Below, piece after piece: positions 43,901 through 50,931 of a stretch of 50,931 nt of DNA. Every line of letters starts with the position of its first letter. The first letter of the stretch is position 1. A program made the position numbers and the translations under genes. The stretch comes from a virus. Lineage: Duplodnaviria; Caudoviricetes. The DNA is taken from positions 1 to 50,931 of the IMG/VR virus record IMGVR_UViG_3300037247_000923; one strand, written 5' to 3'. The notes beneath the pieces were generated by a model. That model searched no databases. It worked only from the letters and a program-made list of their open reading frames with translations, and was not told where the DNA came from.

Positions 43901-45271
43901 CGGGTGTCGGCGGGCTGTGCGGAGCATAATAATATTGTGTGGTCCGGCATCCGCGAATTGGTCAAGCCACTTTGTCTCGACTAATAGTTGTTTACGAGCT
44001 GCAACCAGTTTTCGAGCCGATACATCGGAGATCAGGGCTTCCCCTGTTGCTGCGCGCGCTGTTTCTATTTCGGCCTGCAGACCGGCTTCAACGTGTTTCA
44101 AATTCTTGTTGGCGGCGTCCCATGCAACCTTGGCATCCTCAAATCGGTAGGTCTTTCTTGCAATATCACCAAGAACGGTAGCCGTTTTACCGGGAGAAAC
44201 ACGTGCTGCCCCTTTACGGAGTAGACTCGGAATCCTTGCAGGTAAGCCGCCAACTAGCATTAACACGTCAGCAACTACCTCAGAGGCGGCATCGGCAAAT
44301 GCCATGTGGGCCATAACGGCGTTACCCTGATTGCCCATATCGTATAGGGTTTTATAGGTATCGTCCATGTCCACACCGGCTGCCTCCCAATTCGACTCAA
44401 TGACTTCTTGCCACGACAGGTTTTCTCCGAGCGAGGCTATCAGTGGAACCGCTTGCCCTTTGGCCGCTTCAATTTGCTTAATCCCGGCAACGCCCAATGC
44501 GGGTGCTCTAAGGAATTGTCCGGCCCAGAATTTGCTAAGACCAATGGCACGCTCTTTAAGTAGGTGCAGCGCAGCGGTAGTACCAAGGCTGAATTCTTTA
44601 TCCCCGTCTAGTCGAATTTTAGGAAGAACGCGTTGTTCAATGTCGGCGCGCTGAGACTTCGGTACTGCTAATAGGCGGACCCTCTTGTTGGCCCATGAGG
44701 CAAAGTCCAGCAGGGAGAGGCCCATGCTGACATTGATGGCGCCTTCATTTAGTACATCGCCCGTGGAATTTCCGATTTTACGGAGGCCTCGCTGCCACCA
44801 TTTTCGGGCTTCGGCGGCTTTGGCTACGTTACCTGCACCCCACCTATTCACCATCTCAAAGAGAGCGTCGAGATTCTCTCCATCGGCGGCTAGGCCTTCC
44901 TCCTTGAACTGCTGCGACAGACGCAGAACCAGCTCAGCCCCTTCTTTGTTCTGATCGAAAATAGGGCTAATGGTTTCATACATCTTGCCCAAATCGAGGT
45001 CGGCTATCTCTTGCGTGCTATCAGTGGTCAACGCAGAACGCACTGTTTCCGGAGAAAATCCCGCAGCTTCTAGGGCCATCCGACTTTCCCGAAGAAGTTG
45101 CTCAATGTCTTTTGCACCGGTATCTTTGACTTCGGTTTGTGGCGCATGTTCACGCAGCTGTCCGGCGTTCTTGGTGGCTATAGCGCGAATGGAATCGCGT
45201 TCTGCTTCCGTGATGCCTACTTGCAGCTGTTCTTTCGCGCGTGCTTTAAGTTTGTCTCGTAAGGACGCCAT
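40946..45271 (-). CDS. Large internal virion / DNA ejection protein (1441 aa)
   Basis: Large and helical; last gene of the ejection cluster, as for T7 gp16. Confidence 0.7.
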   Translation of the reverse strand: MASLRDKLKARAKEQLQVGITEAERDSIRAIATKNAGQLREHAPQTEVKDTGAKDIEQLLRESRMALEAAGFSPETVRSALTTDSTQEIADLDLGKMYETISPIFDQNKEGAELVLRLSQQFKEEGLAADGENLDALFEMVNRWGAGNVAKAAEARKWWQRGLRKIGNSTGDVLNEGAINVSMGLSLLDFASWANKRVRLLAVPKSQRADIEQRVLPKIRLDGDKEFSLGTTAALHLLKERAIGLSKFWAGQFLRAPALGVAGIKQIEAAKGQAVPLIASLGENLSWQEVIESNWEAAGVDMDDTYKTLYDMGNQGNAVMAHMAFADAASEVVADVLMLVGGLPARIPSLLRKGAARVSPGKTATVLGDIARKTYRFEDAKVAWDAANKNLKHVEAGLQAEIETARAATGEALISDVSARKLVAARKQLLVETKWLDQFADAGPHNIIMLRTARRHPDELPDLSTTRRYLDDVSPEEGFTRRVNMDDIAKEMHELRKKELLREMDNPVDWNNVDDLPLFQRRQLMGPDDAEAAGDGLNLMARAGAPSVDDIYVYPMTPEYGGLPQSQMALINWRQVQKTNKAVEAALAARVVEKSRDELFNSTATMLDNHIFVAKKQLGKVRELGDKAVINVQEAVLNTLKKHQISLSKMGKFTDKTRKFDDIWAPTHDEGVMSTPARLNSWMSTAHDRMIRSLYPGGGILDSDFILQRGGVQTFQLFREPQRFLETYSPGAWERFRSQTLRYNQETRVWYDQILDGAEKAGVIRNRTNWNPKKSFAPYKVDPEKNRILFDLLDSEVGSEEFVEASAKATPELMKFHDQIRKLLDHVANLQGLTDTPRYLTGYIRHVFDHSQFSGGARPLEYIGLPAKAEVFASHLLSRTGAQGYQRDAMLALDLYGRAFNRKRIMEPLFDDMIQTGAEMSARWKNPTFQTYMNDLVSTMQGKPTPLGHRIDEMIGAAINKDGTRRWVPQVWDRALIGMSGLLWAGALPGNPRYPVMQIATGLATSAGRFGMLRTARGLFEMATLEGQALNKQIGTYDTFLDIFESDFFRRFSTFIAKHGYTVSPLGIHSTATTEELIRGATAMAAVDVHAARFGFSSWNEVVASGSKFQRRIAFEALRSAEEVNHMFGAAGRSPWVTRTIFQSKGVAVAATQFLSFIPKQIEELAFQFTRNPGNIVTYLAVSGWISRIAAEEMGIDVTDYVGLGFIPKEPRDVSAPAVDAFIKSMDLMQALSDRDPERVSRATEAYLGALDTLLPMFVAFSTATKAAERLEKRAQVTRTGERLRPLDFATTFPMPGDSPQQVLQGLGESIRPGEGIEGEPAPGLGGDFLPTVFGQQAIRDKIFRGGQKAITRTRQKFYFNMRVATQKLIDGIEDNNQKKVDEAIAELTNTYRVRITGTKGIEKAMSARDISYMLRAIQHDPQLIDEYMRIIQERGIGLEP

Positions 45272-45283
45272 GTCCTATCCCCT

Positions 45284-46786
45284 CTATTGAGGATTCGGCT
45301 GTACTTCTTGGTAAGTCTTAATCATATCTGGCAGCAAGCCGTCAATGATACGCTCCCAATCCGCTACATTTACCGAACCGTCTGGGTTCTTAGCCGCCCT
45401 ATCAAGGGCACCTTCCATCGTGATGTTCAGAATTAGACGAATCGTTTCGTCACTAGCACCGGGCAAGGCCTCGGCTATGACCATACGCTTCTTATTTCGC
45501 AGGGATGCCATCTGGCGGCCCACGTTTTCTTGGGCGGTCTGCTTGGCACTGTCCAGAAAGTCTACGGTGTTGTTCATTTTCCAATTCTTGAATTGCTCTG
45601 AGGTCATACCCTTTACAGCTTGAAGCTGTTCCTTTTGGGCTATCAAACTGGCCAAACTAGTCTCTTTGTCTATGATACCATAGGCCCGAAGCAATTCTTC
45701 AAGTGAGTGGTTGGCCGGAAGATTTGCCTTATCAAGAAAGACGGTCTTATCGCCAGTTCGGTCGCTGAATACTACGTCCGCCATTTGGCGAATACCCTCT
45801 TCCGGGGTATCGGCACCGTCTAAAATAGACTGGGCCTGTTCTGCGTTTTCTTTCTGCCACTCGTTAACTTCGGTCACAAGGCCTATATACTTGGACGTAA
45901 GCACCTGCGAAGGCTGCATGGAATCTTGGTTCGTGAACTTGACCTTACGCAGTACGTCCGGGTGTGTGAGAGGAAGCTGGTTCTCTGCTGCATGGCGCAT
46001 GGCTGTTAGGCCACTGTGCCCACCCCAACGCAACAGGGTACTAGCAAATGCTGTGTCGAATTTCGGGGTTCCGATAATCTTCGTCATATTGTCAATGACA
46101 CCAGCCGAGGCGTTATCCCAGCCAAGATGGCCGAAAAGCAGTTGAACGACTGGTTTGGCATCCTCAACAGTGGTTGCCTTCTGGAGCGTCTCCGTAAAGA
46201 ACTCCAACTGGGCATCCCACTTCTTGTCCCGGCGTTGTTCAAGTCTACGCGTCTGTGGATATATGCCCAGCTCTTCGCCAAAGATAAGCAGGCCCAAAGT
46301 TTCCGGGTCTGGTACGCTTCCGTCCGGGGCTTTGAAGAGTTCTGGGTTCGTATTGATTGCTGTTGCTAGGCGGTTACGTTTCTTCTCAAGAGACGTCTCA
46401 ATCTTATCCTGTTGATCCTGTAAATCGCTAACGGCCTTTTGTCGGTGTGCCTTCTCAAGTTCCTTGAATTTGGTCAGGTTATCGAGTCCGCCAAGAGCCA
46501 GTCCGCCACCAAATGCAGCTCCGCCCTTCCCGCCGAAGGCGGCAGCGGCCCCGCCACCCAGCAGGGGCAGCAGGACTTCTGGGCTGAGGATACGATCAAT
46601 GAGACTAGTGCCTTCAGCCCCTTCGATCTCCGCGATTTTCTCACCTAATAGCTTCGCCTTTGTAGCGTCACTGATGATGGAATTGCCCAGCAGTTCCGTA
46701 AGTACATCTTCGCTATCGTCCGCTACGCTGTTACTCTGTGAGTCGGCGGTCAAATTAAAGTCTGATAATCCGTTAAGGTTAGGCAT
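45284..46786 (-). CDS. Internal virion / ejection protein
   Basis: Gly-rich hydrophobic hairpin plus helical body; position in the ejection cluster. Confidence 0.6.
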   Translation of the reverse strand: MPNLNGLSDFNLTADSQSNSVADDSEDVLTELLGNSIISDATKAKLLGEKIAEIEGAEGTSLIDRILSPEVLLPLLGGGAAAAFGGKGGAAFGGGLALGGLDNLTKFKELEKAHRQKAVSDLQDQQDKIETSLEKKRNRLATAINTNPELFKAPDGSVPDPETLGLLIFGEELGIYPQTRRLEQRRDKKWDAQLEFFTETLQKATTVEDAKPVVQLLFGHLGWDNASAGVIDNMTKIIGTPKFDTAFASTLLRWGGHSGLTAMRHAAENQLPLTHPDVLRKVKFTNQDSMQPSQVLTSKYIGLVTEVNEWQKENAEQAQSILDGADTPEEGIRQMADVVFSDRTGDKTVFLDKANLPANHSLEELLRAYGIIDKETSLASLIAQKEQLQAVKGMTSEQFKNWKMNNTVDFLDSAKQTAQENVGRQMASLRNKKRMVIAEALPGASDETIRLILNITMEGALDRAAKNPDGSVNVADWERIIDGLLPDMIKTYQEVQPNPQ

Positions 46787-46788
46787 TG

Positions 46789-47385
46789 TTATTTCCTTTT
46801 CGCAAAGCTGGCGCCAGCGCCCAGCAGATCACCGCCTGTGATAAACGGCTGAGTCGTAGTTTGGGTGCCCTGTGCTAAGCGTCCTTGAAGTAGACTCTGC
46901 AACGCCGGATTGGCCGCCCCACTGAGTTGCTGAAATAGCGATTGATTAGCTCCGAGAGCTACCTGTGCCCGTTGAAATGGCAGATTCATTAGGGCTTGGC
47001 CGCCAGCGATTCCCTGTTGGCTGATTAGATTTGCTAGTTGATCGCCCAGACTAGTCTCCATTAAGGCGCGTTTAACACTCTCGATACTGGCGTCTTGCTG
47101 TCCGGTAGCAGTCAATTGCTCCGTCAAATTGGCCTGCCCCTGAGACGACAGTCTCTCCAACTGGCGGGATGCCTGATCCCCGGCAAAGCCGAGACTCTGA
47201 GCTATCAAATCTTTGTCCTGTGACGTAGGGCCAAACGCACTAAGGTCGCCGCTAGCGAGACCCTGCAAGTCTCCGAGCTGGCCACCAGCCCTAGTCATTA
47301 GTTGTTGCAACAGTGCTAGGATGTCTTGCTCTTGCTGCCCTGCCTGTGGAACACTGCTCTCCACGGTCGTCTTTTGCTGTCCCAT
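46789..47385 (-). CDS. Internal virion / ejection protein (Q/A/G-rich, T7 gp14 or P22 gp7-like)
   Basis: AAGGAG RBS before ATG 47385; Q-rich with a C-terminal GGDLLGAGASF segment. Confidence 0.65.
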   Translation of the reverse strand: MGQQKTTVESSVPQAGQQEQDILALLQQLMTRAGGQLGDLQGLASGDLSAFGPTSQDKDLIAQSLGFAGDQASRQLERLSSQGQANLTEQLTATGQQDASIESVKRALMETSLGDQLANLISQQGIAGGQALMNLPFQRAQVALGANQSLFQQLSGAANPALQSLLQGRLAQGTQTTTQPFITGGDLLGAGASFAKRK

Positions 47386-47758
47386 TAGCAATCTCCTTGA
47401 ATACTAAATTATATTTGTCTACGGTTAACATTCCGAGTCCCTCAGTGGCTAACCGAAGGGCCGAAGTATTGGCTGAGCGAATCATGCCACGTACATACTG
47501 GACTCCTGCCCGTTTGAGCATAGTCTCGGCAATTATCCCAAGTGTAGCGGCAGTTTTCCCGCGCCCCGCGAAGTAATCTAAATACGCGTGTGGTCGCTCG
47601 GTAAAGCACCAGATGGTTGCTAGGATATCCCCATCGTGCTCAGCGACTAGCCAATGGCCGCCGAGTGTTGCGCAGTCGATCGCTGTAAAGTAGTCGGTCT
47701 CTGCGAGAAATGTTTCTATCTTCGGCCAATCATCGGCCGTCCCGTCCCGATAGATCAT
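47291..47758 (-). CDS. GNAT-fold virion assembly protein (T7 gp13-like position)
   Basis: MIYRDGTADDWPKI...WLVAEHDGDILATI...NTSALRL. Confidence 0.65.
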   Translation of the reverse strand: MIYRDGTADDWPKIETFLAETDYFTAIDCATLGGHWLVAEHDGDILATIWCFTERPHAYLDYFAGRGKTAATLGIIAETMLKRAGVQYVRGMIRSANTSALRLATEGLGMLTVDKYNLVFKEIANGTAKDDRGEQCSTGRAARARHPSTVATTND

Positions 47759-49479
47759 TATATTTGTTCTCCTCCGTAAAAGTCTACAGTTATCTTGTGT
47801 AGCGAAAACTCATTGGTATCGCCGGGATCGGCTTCGATTAGGAGAACTACGTCGGCTGTCCAGTCGATTGTATAAATTGCGCTGGCATCTATAACCCCGA
47901 TGGCAATCGGCGAAATCGTATTGTCTGTGTAGTATCCGACCTCAGTATTTGAGGCTGCGTCAGGTGCAAACCCGCCTGAATCTGTCCGCAGAATCACGTC
48001 CATCTCTACCCAGTACTGAAACGCTCCTAGTTCAGTGATCGTTGCAACTGTTGTGCCGTCTAGTTTGATCCTGAGCACACCCGGCGTTGCGGTTCCACTG
48101 GACTTACACCACAGACGTATGTAAAATCCGTTTCCGGCATTACTGATAAGTCCACCGGGAATCGTTTTCGTGTAGAGCGTTGTTAGGTCTCCGTCAACAG
48201 CCTGCGTGTTCGGGCTTTCATGGATATTCTGCCCGATTGATAGGCCGAATTCTCCGGGATTATGACCGCACTGTAGGTTCGTTGAGCCCAACTTTAAGAT
48301 GCCAGCCGTAAAGAAGTCGCGCACATCACAACCCTTAATAATACAATCGGTAGAGGCGGCAGCATCTATTCCGTATACCCCGGCATCCGTGAAACGACAG
48401 TCATAGACCGAGAGGCTATCGCTGGTCTTTAGGTCCGCCCCGCTAGTCGTAGCATCGTGCGCGTAACAGTCCGTCATTAGGCCGCTATCTATGCCAACAA
48501 CGAACCCATTATCACCAGAGGTATGCGCCGTACATCCAGTTAGGGTTACATGCTGTACAATCTTTAGGGCATTTCCTATTTCAAATGAATCTCCACCTGA
48601 GCCCGATACCTGACAGGCTGCTAGCCGGATTCGGCTTTGGTTGGCCGACACTAAGGCACCGCTGCCCAGAATCACTATACCTCGATCCGTAACCCCAGTC
48701 ACGCGAATATCGGTACCCTGGATGTCCCGAATGATTCCTGCTGTGGTTGTGGGTTCCAGCAGGATGGCATCAGTGGTCGCATCTTTAGAGACAATCTGCG
48801 TCATTTGTAGACCATCCACATCGTTGGATATAATGTGCGTCGTTACGCCACCATCGAAATGCAGGTCAACTAATCTGGCGTCTATGCAGGAGTTTCCATT
48901 AGATCCGTCATTGGTTAACTCTACAGCATCACCTGTGAAATCCTTGATCCAAACCCGGTGCATCTCAAAGCCCGTAACCTGCCGGGCAATAATGCCCTTT
49001 TGCAATGTCCCTTGGAGTGCTCCGTCCATCGTTAGGTTGGCGATCGTTATGTTATTTAGCCCAGTGGAGGTTCGCATCATCCAACCACTCGTAGAGCCAG
49101 CGGTCAGTTGTAGCACAGAACTCGACCCACAACCCATGATGGTTATATCTGAGCCGCCGATATCAATTCCATCAATCTTAATCGTCGTATGTGGCGGAAC
49201 TAGCACGCAACCTCCACTAGAGTCAATTGCCGCATTAATAGCCAGCTGAAAACCGGCCGTATCGAGTGTATATTCCCCGGCATTAACGATGTTCCAGAAA
49301 GTTTGCAGGTTGACAATGGAGAAGCCATTCATGTCAATATTGCCCTGCGCCACCAGCGGCCATGTCAAATCTGCGCCGGTAATTGCTGAGAACTTGTTTT
49401 CAATAGCATCGCGTAGCAGATTAAGCTTTCCAGCTGTTAGCTTTTCACGATCTTCAAAAGTTGGAAGGCTGACGGCCAT
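47758..49479 (-). CDS. Tailspike with pectate-lyase-like beta-helix
   Basis: DTAGFQLAINAA..GGCVLVP...ITIMGCG...ITIANLTMDG followed by PbH1-like repeats. Confidence 0.8.
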   Translation of the reverse strand: MAVSLPTFEDREKLTAGKLNLLRDAIENKFSAITGADLTWPLVAQGNIDMNGFSIVNLQTFWNIVNAGEYTLDTAGFQLAINAAIDSSGGCVLVPPHTTIKIDGIDIGGSDITIMGCGSSSVLQLTAGSTSGWMMRTSTGLNNITIANLTMDGALQGTLQKGIIARQVTGFEMHRVWIKDFTGDAVELTNDGSNGNSCIDARLVDLHFDGGVTTHIISNDVDGLQMTQIVSKDATTDAILLEPTTTAGIIRDIQGTDIRVTGVTDRGIVILGSGALVSANQSRIRLAACQVSGSGGDSFEIGNALKIVQHVTLTGCTAHTSGDNGFVVGIDSGLMTDCYAHDATTSGADLKTSDSLSVYDCRFTDAGVYGIDAAASTDCIIKGCDVRDFFTAGILKLGSTNLQCGHNPGEFGLSIGQNIHESPNTQAVDGDLTTLYTKTIPGGLISNAGNGFYIRLWCKSSGTATPGVLRIKLDGTTVATITELGAFQYWVEMDVILRTDSGGFAPDAASNTEVGYYTDNTISPIAIGVIDASAIYTIDWTADVVLLIEADPGDTNEFSLHKITVDFYGGEQI

Positions 49480-50931
49480 TAATCTACCTCATGTTCCGTT
49501 TCGTAGCCATCGGCCAGAAACTCAAGTTCAATACCCTGAATTACCAAGTCCTGACCGGCTGCACTTTGTTCAATTATAAACGCCAACGCATATCCGCGTT
49601 GGTCAATATTCAGTTCAATAACTCCCATTTCTTCTCTGGATCGAAGGATAGCATCCGGTGTTAGATCAAGTCTGAAATCACCATTATCTGTAGCCGCATC
49701 CTTGCCAAGAAAGAAGGTTTCATTTGGAAAGACGTTCTGGCTAATATTCAGGTATTCCTCTTCGATTTGGGCATCCACCCGAATCTTCATACTAAAGTCC
49801 CAATCACCTCGCGGCAACACAAAGAGTCGCAATTTCTTAAATGTTTTCATCATACCGGGTAGAGCTGGATGGATGGAACGCCCGTCTAGGTACGCACTCT
49901 CAAGAAGCATGTCCACTGAGTCGGTCACGTAATCCGCCTTGAAACCTGGATCGGTATAGCCTATCTGTCCGCTGGCATTGCCGTGCATCATTACTTCAAA
50001 GACTGGGGAAGCTATTTCAACATTCTCCATGGCACGACTATCAATCGTCCACGGGCCGTACCATCTCTGCGTATTGATATTGTAGACATACACGTTCTCT
50101 GCCGCGGTATCCCCCGTCAAAGGTACGGCCACGTAGACCAGACCTTGCGGAGGATTGTACCGCAACTTTGCGTTGCCCAGGTATTCTCGACTAATTCTCT
50201 GCACAGTACTGGGGTTCTCGGTCCAGAGATTCTGGATTGGAGCACTGGGATACCGCGACTCCATGTTACCAAACTTATCTGTCGCTGCCAAAGAGTGAAC
50301 CCCTTGGCGACTGATGAACCAAAGATCGTTCGCAACTTGGGCTACTGCCTGTGCCGTCTCACAGCCAACGTCCTGATTAATGGCACTACGGCCGTAACTC
50401 TCCGGCCCTTGGCCATCAATGCGCCAAACCCCAGTACGCGTAAATACAATGCACACTCCATAATAGTCACCGAATAATGCCGTTACTTCGTCACCCTCTT
50501 TGCCGGGGATTTCTACGTATCCCGCATTGATAACAGTATCAAATTCAAATGATGTGTTTTTCGGTGTTGGGTTAAAATATAAGTTCGGTTGTCGATCACC
50601 TGAATAATAAATACGTAAGGGATTCTCTTTATCTCCTGCGCAAAAAATACGTTGCTGATGCTCAACAAAGAAGCGTACATTGGGTGCTTTGTCTAGTAAT
50701 TCTACCTCGTCGAACCCATTCCACTGCCAGAGAGATGCCCGCCGTCCTCCGTCGTTATTAGACCACGTAATTGTCTGACGAAATCCCGAAAAGAATACTG
50801 TTGAGTATTGCTTTGGATGTAGTGGTCGCCACGCGCCGAATAAACCATTATCATGATATATATAGTTTCCGGCTGCACACAATAGTGCTCGAATATTTGA
50901 ACCTGCCCGCGTTGTAAACTGGAAGTTTTTT
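49479..50931 (-). CDS. 3' part of tail nozzle (tail tubular protein B); 5' part at 1..877
   Basis: Beta-propeller-like HQQRIFCAG..RIYYSG, DVGCE..LWFISRQGV; frame open to the window end. Confidence 0.85.
   Translation of the reverse strand, partial: KNFQFTTRAGSNIRALLCAAGNYIYHDNGLFGAWRPLHPKQYSTVFFSGFRQTITWSNNDGGRRASLWQWNGFDEVELLDKAPNVRFFVEHQQRIFCAGDKENPLRIYYSGDRQPNLYFNPTPKNTSFEFDTVINAGYVEIPGKEGDEVTALFGDYYGVCIVFTRTGVWRIDGQGPESYGRSAINQDVGCETAQAVAQVANDLWFISRQGVHSLAATDKFGNMESRYPSAPIQNLWTENPSTVQRISREYLGNAKLRYNPPQGLVYVAVPLTGDTAAENVYVYNINTQRWYGPWTIDSRAMENVEIASPVFEVMMHGNASGQIGYTDPGFKADYVTDSVDMLLESAYLDGRSIHPALPGMMKTFKKLRLFVLPRGDWDFSMKIRVDAQIEEEYLNISQNVFPNETFFLGKDAATDNGDFRLDLTPDAILRSREEMGVIELNIDQRGYALAFIIEQSAAGQDLVIQGIELEFLADGYETEHEVD
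50912..50931 (+). repeat. Terminal direct repeat copy 2
   Basis: Identical to 1..20. Confidence 0.95.

Noticed and set aside
1-50931. Alternative genetic code (stop-codon reassignment)
   Set aside because: TAA, TAG and TGA all terminate tightly coupled genes, and core genes are full length under the standard code

Overview
The window is an apparently complete, circularly permuted genome of a ~50.9 kb tailed phage with podovirus-type architecture. The first 20 nt are repeated at the end, and a ~769-aa tail nozzle gene reads through the junction. The minus-strand late arm (17.5 kb down to 1, continuing from 50.9 kb down to 38.9 kb) encodes a repeat-rich fibre, small and large terminase, portal, scaffold, major capsid protein, beta-helix appendage proteins, adaptor, nozzle, tailspike, ejection proteins and a lysis cassette with a GH108 endolysin. 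The plus-strand early/middle arm (18.6-38.9 kb) encodes many small Zn-ribbon proteins, an M28-like peptidase, a DEDDh exonuclease, primase, a family A DNA polymerase with a degenerate UDG-like domain, a gp32-like SSB, a Cas4-like nuclease, nucleotide-pool enzymes, DnaB, RuvC, GroES and a HAD phosphatase. I see no RNA polymerase, integrase, tRNA or CRISPR array; consensus sigma70 promoters point to use of host RNA polymerase. The most unusual signals are: (1) a TrpL-like 15-aa leader peptide (MKSINLIDLFWWLRR) followed by mutually exclusive helices at the head of the late arm; (2) inverted arrays of 22-bp phased TAGGGTACTAG repeats in the divergent control region; (3) a ~195-nt structured RNA-like element after the SSB gene; (4) a tandem UvrD/CarD-Tudor-like early protein; (5) a C-terminal domain shared by two virion proteins. 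All product calls come from motif recognition and gene order by eye; no database searches or folding programs were run.
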